Shown here: one piece after another, positions 1 to 9,562 of the stretch
Numbering within the stretch: position 1 is the first letter of the stretch
Layout: each line of letters opens with the position of its first letter
NCBI GenBank assembly: GCA_965248835.1
Contig: CBDFLJ010000002.1
Span: 1,664,001 to 1,728,000 of the forward strand
Reading direction: 5' to 3'
DNA: 64,000 nt
From: Alphaproteobacteria bacterium
GTDB taxonomy: Bacteria; Pseudomonadota; Alphaproteobacteria; MPNO01
Made by a program: the position numbers and the translations under genes
The notes under the pieces: generated by a model
Seen by the model: the letters and a program-made list of their open reading frames with translations, nothing else
What the model was told of the DNA's origin: nothing
The model's database searches: none

Positions 1-153
1 CAGCCAGGCGAGCGTCCGTCTGAGGTCGACCATCGCCGCGTCGCGCACCGAATGATCCATCGAGCCTGCCGCCTCCGTCTCGGATTCGCTTCCGCGCGGC
101 GGCTGTTGACCGCCCCCGGCGGGAATGGGAATGTCCAGCTTGGAAGTTAGGCA

Positions 154-795
154 ATGGCGACACAAGACCTATTCACAGACCATTCGGCCGTCGTGGACCC
201 GGCCCACACCGCGGTCCTGGTGATCGACGTGCAGAACGATTTCTGCGCTTCCGGCGGGCATACCGAGGTCAATCTCGGCAGGGACGTCGCGGACTGCCAG
301 GCCGTGGTCGGACCGATCGAACGGCTGGTCGAAGGTGCGCGGGCGGCCGGTGCCCCGGTGATCTGGGTCAAGGCCGATTACGACCGGGCCTACCTTTCGC
401 GGCCGATCCGTGCCAAGCAGGAAGCCAGGGGGATCAAGACCGCCTATTGCGTGTCGGGGACCTGGGGCGCGGCGTTCTACGAGGTCAGTCCCGCAGACGG
501 CGACATCGTCATCGAGAAACACCGCCACAGCGCATTCGTGGGCACCGAACTGGAGCAGGTGCTGCGCGACCGCGGGATCCAGACTTTGGTCATCGCGGGC
601 GTCCAGACTCATGTCTGCATCGAATCAAGCCTGCGCGACGGCTCCGCGCGCGGCTATTACATCGTCGTGCCGCGGGACTGCGTGGGCTCCTATGACCGCG
701 CACTGCACGACGCCACGCTGCGCTGCGTGGAGATGCATTTCGGCGAGGTGCTGGACAGCAACGCGCTGCTCGACCTGTGGTCTCCGAAAGGGTGA
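154..795 (+). CDS. Isochorismatase-family cysteine hydrolase (amidase)
   Basis: VLVIDVQNDF, IEKHRHSAF, GVQTHVCIES: Asp-Lys-Cys catalytic triad. Confidence 0.9.
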   Translation: MATQDLFTDHSAVVDPAHTAVLVIDVQNDFCASGGHTEVNLGRDVADCQAVVGPIERLVEGARAAGAPVIWVKADYDRAYLSRPIRAKQEARGIKTAYCVSGTWGAAFYEVSPADGDIVIEKHRHSAFVGTELEQVLRDRGIQTLVIAGVQTHVCIESSLRDGSARGYYIVVPRDCVGSYDRALHDATLRCVEMHFGEVLDSNALLDLWSPKG

Positions 796-880
796 TCCGA
801 AACCCCGCCCGATCGGCCGAATAGGGCCGGGAACGGGACCGATGGGCCGGTGAGCGGCCTCCGCCGCGCCCGTGCCCGGC

Positions 881-1630
881 TCAGGCGGCGATGCCCGGCG
901 GCAGGATCTCGGTCTCGTTCAGCACGTGGGTCTTGTAGATCTCGGTGATCGAGGCCCAGCGCAGCCGGACCGCCTCCTCGCACACTTCCATCGCGCGCGC
1001 CTCGAGGTCGGGGGTGATGTACTTCTGGCACAGCTCCATCTGCCGGTTGGAGTGCTCGAGATCGGCCTCGGCATGCTCGACGAAAAACCCGATTTCGGGC
1101 GAGTCCAAGGTGAAGCCGTAATGTTTCTGGAAGGCCGGCAGTGTGATCTCGTTGTTGAGCGCGACCTGCTGACCCTCCTGCGTCGACTGCATGGCGAGCG
1201 CCACGCCCACCGGCTCATCGCGCAGGCAGTGGACATAGTGGAGCGTGCGCGCCCACCACGCCGGGCTCATTCTGGTGTTGCGCACCTCGTCCTCGGAAAG
1301 ACCGGCGGCGTTGCAGAAGGCGAAGATCATCTCCATGTGGTCGTGCGGTGCCTTGCCCTCTCCGGGGGCTGCGATCAGCCCCTCCTCCTCGGCCATGTTC
1401 TCGACCAGCGAGAGGGCGACGTCGCGCGGCGCGCGGTAGAACAGATACCCGAAGGCGGGCAAGGCCTGCTCGACGAACTTGTAATGGTTGGCCATGTAAT
1501 GGCCGAGCGCCGCGAGCGGCAGCGAGCCGTCGGTCATCGACTGGAACAAAGGGTGCTTCTTGGTGTGCCAGGCATCGCGGAGCGCGACGACCTTCGCACC
1601 GATCGCGCTCGTTGCCGCACCGTCCATCAT
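881..1630 (-). CDS. Heme-oxygenase-like diiron protein, CADD/PqqC/TenA superfamily
   Basis: HPLFQ N-terminus; ENMAEEEG..HDH; EGQQ; FFVEHAEADLEHS; ATG at 1630 preceded by GAGAGAGG. Confidence 0.8.
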   Translation of the reverse strand: MMDGAATSAIGAKVVALRDAWHTKKHPLFQSMTDGSLPLAALGHYMANHYKFVEQALPAFGYLFYRAPRDVALSLVENMAEEEGLIAAPGEGKAPHDHMEMIFAFCNAAGLSEDEVRNTRMSPAWWARTLHYVHCLRDEPVGVALAMQSTQEGQQVALNNEITLPAFQKHYGFTLDSPEIGFFVEHAEADLEHSNRQMELCQKYITPDLEARAMEVCEEAVRLRWASITEIYKTHVLNETEILPPGIAA

Positions 1631-1658
1631 CGGAGCCTCTCTCAAGTGCCGGGCCGGG

Positions 1659-2723
1659 TCATGCGATCCCGTAGAGCGTGCGGGAATTGTGGTAGAGGAT
1701 CTTGGCCTTTACCGCGTCGTCGTAATCCGGATCATCGAGGAAGTTGGGCACATCTGTCATCAGGTCCTCCTCGGTCGGCTCGTGCGGGAAGTCCGAGGCA
1801 TAGATGATCCGGTCCGCGCCCATCATGTCGATGGTGTATTTGAGCCCCCGCTCGCCCATTTCGCAGGACACCCAGAAATTGTCGGTTTCGGTCATGTACC
1901 AGGACGGCTTGTGGCTCAGCCGCTTTCGGATGGCCGCGCCCTGGACGGCGTCGTATTCGTAATCCAGCCGGTCGGCCATGAACGGAACCCACGACGAGCC
2001 GCCTTCGAGGAAGGCGACCTTGAGCTTGGGGAAGTCCTCGAAGACGCCGGAGAACATCATGTCGGTGAGCTGGATGAACAAAGGCACCGGGTGCTCAAGG
2101 GTGTGGACCTTGGCGAACGGCCGGAAATGGTCGAAGCCGAACCCGACCGAAGGCGCGCCGTGCAGCGCCAGCGGCATGTTCTGGCGCTCGGCCTCCTCGT
2201 AGACCGGCCAGAAGGACGGATCGCCGTAGGTCTTGCCCGATGCCGTCACCGAGGGCAGCAGCATGGCGACGAAGTTCTTGCGCTCGGTCCGGCAGCGCTT
2301 GAGTTCGGCCACCGCCCCTTCGGGGTTCTCGACCGGCATCATGCCCACGCCGAACAACCGGTCGTCCTTTCGGGTGTACTCCGCCTCCAGCCAGTTGTTG
2401 TAGGCGACCGCGGTGGCGGTAGCGAATTCGACCTCGCGCATCAGGCCGTAGGCGAGGCCGATCGTCGGGTAGAGCACGCTGCCCTCCAGTCCCATGCGGT
2501 CGAGGATATCGCCCCAGACCGCGGCGTCGGTGTGCCAGTAGCGCCGGTTGGTGTCTTCCTCGGAGATCTGGACGCTGCGCGACCAGCCGTCGAGGCTCGG
2601 GAAGATCGTCAGCCCGGCGAGCCGCTTGGAGTTGGCCCAGTTGCCCTCGTAGTAGCGGTCGAGCTCCGCGTCGGTCTCCAGGACATGCCCGTCACCGTCG
2701 AATACCGGCATGCGGTGCTGCAT
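1659..2723 (-). CDS. Amidohydrolase-2 family protein (decarboxylase/hydratase-like)
   Basis: FDGDGHVLE, LALHG, FLEGGSSWVP, YASDFPH; RBS GGGAGG. Confidence 0.88.
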   Translation of the reverse strand: MQHRMPVFDGDGHVLETDAELDRYYEGNWANSKRLAGLTIFPSLDGWSRSVQISEEDTNRRYWHTDAAVWGDILDRMGLEGSVLYPTIGLAYGLMREVEFATATAVAYNNWLEAEYTRKDDRLFGVGMMPVENPEGAVAELKRCRTERKNFVAMLLPSVTASGKTYGDPSFWPVYEEAERQNMPLALHGAPSVGFGFDHFRPFAKVHTLEHPVPLFIQLTDMMFSGVFEDFPKLKVAFLEGGSSWVPFMADRLDYEYDAVQGAAIRKRLSHKPSWYMTETDNFWVSCEMGERGLKYTIDMMGADRIIYASDFPHEPTEEDLMTDVPNFLDDPDYDDAVKAKILYHNSRTLYGIA

Positions 2724-2835
2724 CTCCGCCTCCCTTTCGGTGTTGTCGCCGCGGCAATGCTATCGCATTGCCGTCTTGGTTGGAAACGGCGTATGCGCGT
2801 TCAGGAAATCCCATGAATCCGCCGTCCGCCCGCTC

Positions 2836-4089
2836 TTAGGCGGCCGCCGGCACCGGCGAGGCGGGCGCGCCGCGGGTCTCTCGGATCAGGATGCTGAACA
2901 GGGCGGCCAGGAGCGCGAGGGCGACCGAGACGATCCACACCCAATCGTAACGGGCGAACAGCTCGAACAGCTGGCCGGCGAGATAGGAGCCGGCCGCCCC
3001 GCCGAGGGAATGGGCGGAAAAGATCAGCCCCATCGTCACGCCCATGATGTGCCGGCCGATATGGGATGCCACGATCGAAGCGACGATCGGGAAGGTCGCG
3101 TAATCGAAAAGCCCGAACAGGACGGCGAAGATGAACAGCAAGGGCGTGTTGCCCGCGATGTTCATCAGGATGATGAACGTCAGCGCCCGCAGGAAATAGA
3201 TGCTCGCCAGAAGCAGCGGACGGTTGAACCGATCCGCCAGATAGCCGTAGCCGATCATCCCGATCAGGCTGAACGCCGACAGCACGCCATAGGCGGTCGC
3301 GCTCTGGAGTGGCGGGAATCCACAGGCGATCGCGTATGGGATCATATGGATCTTGATCACGCCGGCGGTGGTGAAGCCGCAGATCGCGAAGCCGCAAACC
3401 AGGAGCCAGAAGGTACGGTCCCTCGACAGCCCGCGCAGCGCCGCCGCGGCCGATGAGACACCCGGCGCGCCGGCGCGCCGCGGCGGGCGCAGACCGGGTC
3501 CGATCAGCCACAGGACCACGACCATGGTCGCAAGGATGACGCCTGCGAACACCGCCATGCTCGGCCCCCAGGCGATCGTCGTCACCAGGAGCGCCAGGGC
3601 CGGCATCAGCAGGATCTGGCCTGCCGTGCTGCCCGAGGTTGCGACCGAGGTCGCAAGCGCCAGCCGGGAATCGAAAAAGGCTGCGATCGTGGTCGAGACA
3701 AGGGACGGGGCGATCGCCGAGAAGCCGATTCCGCCCAGGATCGAATAGAAGACGATGAGCTGCCACGGCTCGGTCATGACCGTCGCGCACAGCAGGAAGG
3801 CGACTGCGGCCAGCGACATCCCGAAGCAATAGACCACGCGCGGCCCGAAGCGGTCGATCACCATGCCGGCCATCGGAGCGGCCAGTGCCATGGTGACCAG
3901 CATGACCGCGCCCGCGTTGGAGACGAAGCCATAGCTCCATCCCAAGTCGTCCCGCCAGAACGGCAGCAGGAGGCCGATGCTGTTGCGCGCAGTGATCACG
4001 ATTCCCAGCATCAGGAACAGGCCGCCGACCACGACCCAACCTTTGCGCCTGGACTCGGGCCGGGAATGGCTGGTCGGAACGGCTGTCAC
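2836..4089 (-). CDS. MFS transporter
   Basis: About 12 hydrophobic segments; GMVIDRFGPR and GYLADRFNRP motifs; GTG start after GGAG (start approximate). Confidence 0.88.
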   Translation of the reverse strand: MTAVPTSHSRPESRRKGWVVVGGLFLMLGIVITARNSIGLLLPFWRDDLGWSYGFVSNAGAVMLVTMALAAPMAGMVIDRFGPRVVYCFGMSLAAVAFLLCATVMTEPWQLIVFYSILGGIGFSAIAPSLVSTTIAAFFDSRLALATSVATSGSTAGQILLMPALALLVTTIAWGPSMAVFAGVILATMVVVLWLIGPGLRPPRRAGAPGVSSAAAALRGLSRDRTFWLLVCGFAICGFTTAGVIKIHMIPYAIACGFPPLQSATAYGVLSAFSLIGMIGYGYLADRFNRPLLLASIYFLRALTFIILMNIAGNTPLLFIFAVLFGLFDYATFPIVASIVASHIGRHIMGVTMGLIFSAHSLGGAAGSYLAGQLFELFARYDWVWIVSVALALLAALFSILIRETRGAPASPVPAAA

Positions 4090-4120
4090 AGGCACTCCGG
4101 CAAGGTGCGTGGGCCGATGA

Positions 4121-4687
4121 CTACGGGCGGACCGCCGCGGCCGCACCGGAGGCGAACCGCGCGTTCGCCTCCGCGAACAGGCGCATGTTCTTGGCGACGT
4201 CATAGCGCCGCTCGGTCAGGTGCTCCGGGTCCCATTCGCTGCGCGGGGCGGCGAAGAAATCTCCGCCATAGATGTGAATTGCCCCGGTCAGCCGCTCGAT
4301 GGGGTTGGTGACGGAATGGATGATGTCCTTGCCCAGCGGCTCGACGTCCTTGACCGAAAGCGCCTTGGCGCCGGCGGCCTCGATCCGGTCCTCGCGCCGG
4401 CGCCAGAAGATGTTGTCCTCGCGCCCGGTATAGACGCCGATCGCCGCCCACATGTTGTGGTTGTGCGGCATCAAGGTCATCAACGGCGCCCAGACGACGT
4501 TGAGGATGGTCAGATCGTCGGCCTGATAGATCTTCTGCAAGCCCGCTTCAGTCGGCTCGCCCAGCCCGGCCAGCACCGCGCCCGGATCGGCGACCGCGCG
4601 CGCCAGCACCGCGCGCACCGCCTTGTTGGCCTCACCTTCCCGGTTTGCAGCCTTGACGTCCTCGACGAACCGCTCGACATCGAACAT
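4121..4687 (-). CDS. Cysteine-dioxygenase-like cupin
   Basis: C-terminal part of ORF 4121..5632 from MFDVERF; PHNH..W, IHSVTNP, IHIYG. Confidence 0.8.
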   Translation of the reverse strand: MFDVERFVEDVKAANREGEANKAVRAVLARAVADPGAVLAGLGEPTEAGLQKIYQADDLTILNVVWAPLMTLMPHNHNMWAAIGVYTGREDNIFWRRREDRIEAAGAKALSVKDVEPLGKDIIHSVTNPIERLTGAIHIYGGDFFAAPRSEWDPEHLTERRYDVAKNMRLFAEANARFASGAAAAVRP

Positions 4688-4801
4688 CCCATCGCCCTCC
4701 CGGCCTCCGCGCTCGCCCAGCATAGCAAAGTCGCCTTCGCTGTTGCCATCGCCGGTGAATCGGCCCACCCTTGGCGGCGTGCCGGCCACGGAATGCAGGC
4801 G

Positions 4802-5671
4802 ATGACCATCGAAATCGAACCCCTTGCCGCCGCGCTGGGCGCCAGGATCTACGGCGTCGACCTTTCGGACGAGATCGACGGGCATACATACGCGGCGATC
4901 CACCGCGCCTGGCTCGATCACCAGGTGCTGATCTTCCCACGCCAGAGCTTGAGCGAGGCCGATCAAATTCGCTTCGCCAAGATGTTCGGCAATCTGCCCA
5001 GCCGCGCGGCCCATGCCCGGTTCGCCGGCAAGCCGCTCGGCCATCACTCGCTGATGTTGATTACCAACGCCAAGGAAAACGGAAAGCCTGTCGGCGCCCT
5101 GCCCCAGGGCGAGATGTTCTTCCACACCGACGGCGCCTATGACGAGGATCCCTATCGCTACACCATGCTGTTCGCCATCGAGGTCTCTTCGGTCGGCGGC
5201 CATACGTTGTTTGCCGACATGTACGGCGCCTACGAGACGCTGAACGAGCCAATGAAACGCCGCCTGCGCGGCCTGCACGCGGTCCACGGCTTCTATGCCG
5301 GGCGTGAGGTGACCGAGGATTTCAAGAAACGGCTGGGGGTCGGCGAAGATCCCAAGCGCACGGCGCATCCGGTGGTCATCGCCCACGAGGAGACCGGTCG
5401 CCCGGCGCTCTATGTCAGCCGGATGCTGACCGAATCGATCGCCGAATTGCCTGAGGCCGAAAGCAATGCCTTGCTCGCCGCCCTGTTCGCGCACTCCGAA
5501 CAGCAGGCGCTGATCTACGAGCACGTCTGGACGGTCGGCGACTTCGTGATCTGGGACAATCGCTGCACCAACCACGCCCGCACCGACTTTCCCGCCACGG
5601 AGAGGCGCAAGCTGCGCCGCACCACTGTCCAAGGCGTCCGTCCGGAGCCCGCAGAGATCAAGGTGGCCTGA
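4802..5671 (+). CDS. TauD/TfdA-family Fe(II)/2-oxoglutarate dioxygenase
   Basis: LGARIYGVDL, FHTDG (HxD), GGHTLFADM, WDNRCTNHAR. Confidence 0.92.
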   Translation: MTIEIEPLAAALGARIYGVDLSDEIDGHTYAAIHRAWLDHQVLIFPRQSLSEADQIRFAKMFGNLPSRAAHARFAGKPLGHHSLMLITNAKENGKPVGALPQGEMFFHTDGAYDEDPYRYTMLFAIEVSSVGGHTLFADMYGAYETLNEPMKRRLRGLHAVHGFYAGREVTEDFKKRLGVGEDPKRTAHPVVIAHEETGRPALYVSRMLTESIAELPEAESNALLAALFAHSEQQALIYEHVWTVGDFVIWDNRCTNHARTDFPATERRKLRRTTVQGVRPEPAEIKVA

Positions 5672-6229
5672 ATGTTATCCGATCGACTGCCGGTGCTGGG
5701 TCTGCATCATTCCGCTTACCGCTGCCGCGATTCCGAGGAAACCCGCGCGTTCTACGAGGACACGGTGGGCTTCCCTCTGGTCATGGCGCTCGAGCTCGAT
5801 CAGCACCCGACCACCGGGCTCGACGTGCGCTACATGCACACCTTCTTCGACATCGGCAGCCACGACGCGGACCAGCCGAACTACCTGGCGTTCTTCGAGG
5901 TGCCCGACCGCGCCGAAGACGACCCGGACGAGCTGTTCAAGCGGCGCTGGGGCATGGATCTGCACTTCGCCATGCGCGTGCCCGATCACGAAACGATCCA
6001 CCGCCTGCGCGACCGGCTCATCGCCCGCGGCGTAGAGGTCGAAGGACCGGTCGCCCACGGCATGGTGACCTCGATCTATTTCCACGACCCCAACGGCTAC
6101 CGCCTGGAATTCGCCGCCGAGGACGAGGTGGAAAAGGCCGAGATGGCCGAGCACAGGCGCACGGCGCACGAGAACCTCCGCGCCTGGCGCCGCTGGAAGG
6201 CCGGTCGGGCCGAACGACGGTCGGCCTAG
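5672..6229 (+). CDS. VOC/glyoxalase family protein
   Basis: LHHSAYRCRD, LHFAM, SIYFHDPNGYRLE; abuts the TauD stop codon. Confidence 0.9.
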   Translation: MLSDRLPVLGLHHSAYRCRDSEETRAFYEDTVGFPLVMALELDQHPTTGLDVRYMHTFFDIGSHDADQPNYLAFFEVPDRAEDDPDELFKRRWGMDLHFAMRVPDHETIHRLRDRLIARGVEVEGPVAHGMVTSIYFHDPNGYRLEFAAEDEVEKAEMAEHRRTAHENLRAWRRWKAGRAERRSA

Positions 6230-6263
6230 AAGATCGAACGCCCGTCTTCGCGTTCGACCGGGT

Positions 6264-8021
6264 TCAGTCGTCGCCCTCCAGGCGCTTGAGCCAGATCGAC
6301 ACCACCGCCGGCTTGCCGCCCCGGACATGCTCCAGGCCGCGGGCGAGCGCACCCTCCAGCTCGGCCGGATCGCGCACGGTCTCGCCGTGGGCTCCGGCGG
6401 CCTCGGCCTCCTTGGCGAAGTCGATCGGCGGGTCGAAATAGCCGCCCTGGAATCCGGCCTTCGCGGCATAGCTGTCCGCACCGTAGTTGGCCGCGATGCG
6501 CTCCGTCCCGGTGGTGTAGCTGCGGTTGGTGTAGACGATCTGCAGGAACGGGGCATCGTGATGGGCGGCGGCCCACAACGCCGGGGCCGGCGTCCCGAAC
6601 ATGTAGAACCCGTCGCCGCTGACCGCGACGATGTCACGTTCGGGCGCTGCGAGCTTCGCGCCCAGCGCGGCACCGGTCGCCCAACCGCCGCTGGAGCCCG
6701 GGTTCGCGAAATAGGAGCCGGGAGCGCTGCGGTCGAAATAGTCTCGCGTCCGGTTGGTCGGAAGGGTCTCGTCGAGCACGATGCAATTGTCGTCGATCAT
6801 CTGTCCGATCTGGTAGCTCGCCCAAAGCCGGTCGATGGGAACGGTGCTCGACTGTTCCATGGCCGCCTTTTCGGCCGCGGCGATCCAGGCCCGCGAGCCG
6901 GCCGCGAGCCGTTCGTTGCGCGCCGCGATCCGGACACGGTCGTCGTCGCTCAACAGCGCCTGTGCCGCAGCGGTGATCGCCCCGATCGTCTCCAGCGGGT
7001 CGGCGGCAAGCCGCAGGTCGGCGGTGAACTCGAAGGTCGGGATGCTGGCCTTGATCGAATCGCGCCCGACCGCGGCGATGTAGGCTTCGGGTCGGGGTGC
7101 GTCGCGCCCGGGCACCCAGGGCACTTCGGCCTCGATCACCAGCACGACATCGGCGTCCTTGAGGCTTGCCCGAGTCTGGAAGCTGGGATGGCGGAAGGGG
7201 AAACTCATATAGCTGCGCTGGACGGAGTCGACCACGGCCAGCCCCAGCAGCTCACACAGCGCGACCAGGGGGGAGACCGTTGCCGGATCGCGGCCGGAGG
7301 CGGAGACCACGACCACCGGATGGGCGGCATCGATCAGCCGGCGGGCGATCTCCTCGGCATCGGCGGCGGCCGGCGCGGAAGGGCGCGGAATGCCGAGCTG
7401 GTCGGCGCTGGGGAAGCGCGCCCCATCCACGGGCAGCAGCGTCAGCTCCTTGGGGAAGCTCAGATAGACCGGCCCGCAGGGCTCGCTCCTGGTGACCTGG
7501 ATCGCACGGCTGACGATCATCCCGGGGTTGTCCTGATAGGTCAGGCGGTGATCCCATTTCACGTAGTTGCGCACGATGCCGTTCTGGTCGAACGTCTCCT
7601 GCATCCACAGATGGCCGCCCTCGTCGCGGCCGCCCTTCATCGTCCCGGCATAGGCGGTCGGCGGGAATCCTGCTGTGATCACCACCGGAAGCCCGCTGCG
7701 GGCCGCGGTGTGCACCGCGCCGCCATAGTGCATCGTGCCGCAATCGACATGGGCCGCGGTGACGGCGGGCCGGCCGCTGACCGCAGCGAAGCCGAGCGCG
7801 GCGTTGAGGCTCGCATGCTCGTGCGGCACGGTGATCAGACGGATCGGGTTGTTGTGCCCCCGGGCGCGGGCCTTGGCGGTCGCCTCCTGGAAAAAGCCGA
7901 TCTCCGATCCCGAGGTGAAGAACAGGTGGTCTATCCCGCCCGCGGCGAACCCCGCGACCAGCGCATCGCCCACATCCTCGGCCTGAGCCTCGACCCAGCC
8001 CGTCGCTGCCGTCCCGTCCAT
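6264..8021 (-). CDS. Thiamine-pyrophosphate-dependent enzyme (decarboxylase/ALS-like family)
   Basis: VPHEHA catalytic Glu; GDG...N TPP motif (SGDGFYMF..YTNRS); RBS GGGAGAGG. Confidence 0.88.
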   Translation of the reverse strand: MDGTAATGWVEAQAEDVGDALVAGFAAGGIDHLFFTSGSEIGFFQEATAKARARGHNNPIRLITVPHEHASLNAALGFAAVSGRPAVTAAHVDCGTMHYGGAVHTAARSGLPVVITAGFPPTAYAGTMKGGRDEGGHLWMQETFDQNGIVRNYVKWDHRLTYQDNPGMIVSRAIQVTRSEPCGPVYLSFPKELTLLPVDGARFPSADQLGIPRPSAPAAADAEEIARRLIDAAHPVVVVSASGRDPATVSPLVALCELLGLAVVDSVQRSYMSFPFRHPSFQTRASLKDADVVLVIEAEVPWVPGRDAPRPEAYIAAVGRDSIKASIPTFEFTADLRLAADPLETIGAITAAAQALLSDDDRVRIAARNERLAAGSRAWIAAAEKAAMEQSSTVPIDRLWASYQIGQMIDDNCIVLDETLPTNRTRDYFDRSAPGSYFANPGSSGGWATGAALGAKLAAPERDIVAVSGDGFYMFGTPAPALWAAAHHDAPFLQIVYTNRSYTTGTERIAANYGADSYAAKAGFQGGYFDPPIDFAKEAEAAGAHGETVRDPAELEGALARGLEHVRGGKPAVVSIWLKRLEGDD

Positions 8022-8098
8022 CTGCCCTCTCCCATGCGAAATCGTTCGATCCATCTTGACGCAAACACCCCGCGCGGCAAAGGCGGGCGAATCGGGCG

Positions 8099-9562
8099 TC
8101 AAAAGATCCGGAAATACTCGCGCTGCTCCCAGTCGGTGACGTCCGACAGGTAACGGGCGATCTCGGCCTGCTTGATCATGCAGATATAGTCGATGAACGC
8201 CGCGCCGAGGCGTTCGGCGAACATCTCGTCTGCGCGGAGCGCGGCGATCGCCTCGATCAGGCTTGCCGGCATCGGCGGCGCGTCGGTGTCGTAAGGGGCC
8301 TCGGTCGGCGGCGGCGGCTCCAGCGCGCGGTCGAGGCCGTCGAGGCCCGAAAAAATCTGGCTGGCGATATAGAGATAGGGGTTCGCGGCGGGCTCGCCGG
8401 CGCGGTTTTCTATGCGCGAGGCGGGCTCGTCCGGGCCGGAGATGATCCGCAGCAGCGCACCGCGGTTGTCGCGCGCCCAGGCGGCCCGGTCGGGCGCCAG
8501 CGAGAACGGCTTGAAGCGCTTGTAGCCGTTGATGGTGGGCGTGGTGAAGACCGATGCGGCGCGGGCGTGCGCGAGCAGCCCCGCCGCGAACTGCCGCCCG
8601 GTCGCCGACAGCAGCGCGCCGTCATCGTCCGCACGCGGCATGAAGGCGTTCTGACCGCTCACCCGTTCCAGGAGCGATTGATGCAGGTGCCAGCCGCTGG
8701 AAAAGACGTTCTTGATCGCCGGGCGGCACATGAACGTCGCGTGATAGCCGTGGCGGGCGCATATCTGCTTGGTGGCGTTCCTGAACAGTATCATCGTGTC
8801 GGCCGCATCGATTGCGCCGCACGGCTGCAGGGTGATCTCGACCTGGCTCGGCCCGAACTCGACCTCGAGCGAGCGCAGCGCGATGCCGAGCGCCACGAGC
8901 TCGCGCCGCAGAATGGACAGGATCGGGTCGAGCTCGTCGAGACGGATCTCGGTCAGGTACTGATAGCCGTGGGTCAACAGCCCGACCTCGGGCGGGGCGG
9001 CGGGCTGGCCGGCATCCTCGGCCGCCATTCGGGCGTCCAGGAGCCTGAAGATATGGAACTCGACCTCGATGCCGGCGACATAGTCGAACCCGCGCGCCTG
9101 GAGCGCGCCCACCGCGGCGCGGCAGACGTCACGGGTCGCGTACGGCACCGCCCGACCATCGGGCCAGCGGATGTCGCACAGCACCCAACCGGTCCCCGGC
9201 GCCCAGGGCAGAATGCGAAACGTCCGGGGATCGGCGACCATCAGAAAATCCGCGGCGCCGGTGAGATCGCCCCGCCCGATCGACAGGTCCTTCGAGAAGA
9301 CCGGCGGCACGGTCTTGTGGGCGGTGTCCTTGACCAGCAGCGTCGAGGTCATCGAGACGCCGTTCCGCAGCGCCGCCTCGGCCTCGGCCGCCATGATCGA
9401 TTTGCCGCGCAGAATGCCGTGCTGGTCCGGGAAAGAGAAGCGGACGACTTCCAGCCCGTGCTCGGCGATCTGGCGGCCGATCTCGGCCGCCGCCGCCGCC
9501 TGGTCGTCGTCCCACAGCCCGTGCCGGTCGACGAAGCTGGTCCGCCCGGTCGTTCCGCTCAC
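8099..9562 (-). CDS. Glutamine-synthetase-like gamma-glutamyl ligase
   Basis: DQHGILRGK, GIEVEF, EVEFGPSQVE, SGWHLHQS, RIENR; GTG start overlaps the Rieske stop (GTGA). Confidence 0.9.
   Translation of the reverse strand: MSGTTGRTSFVDRHGLWDDDQAAAAAEIGRQIAEHGLEVVRFSFPDQHGILRGKSIMAAEAEAALRNGVSMTSTLLVKDTAHKTVPPVFSKDLSIGRGDLTGAADFLMVADPRTFRILPWAPGTGWVLCDIRWPDGRAVPYATRDVCRAAVGALQARGFDYVAGIEVEFHIFRLLDARMAAEDAGQPAAPPEVGLLTHGYQYLTEIRLDELDPILSILRRELVALGIALRSLEVEFGPSQVEITLQPCGAIDAADTMILFRNATKQICARHGYHATFMCRPAIKNVFSSGWHLHQSLLERVSGQNAFMPRADDDGALLSATGRQFAAGLLAHARAASVFTTPTINGYKRFKPFSLAPDRAAWARDNRGALLRIISGPDEPASRIENRAGEPAANPYLYIASQIFSGLDGLDRALEPPPPTEAPYDTDAPPMPASLIEAIAALRADEMFAERLGAAFIDYICMIKQAEIARYLSDVTDWEQREYFRIF

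Noticed and set aside
8099-9562. Housekeeping glnA
   Set aside because: No glnB/ntr context; coupled to an oxygenase; motifs fit catabolic GS-like ligases
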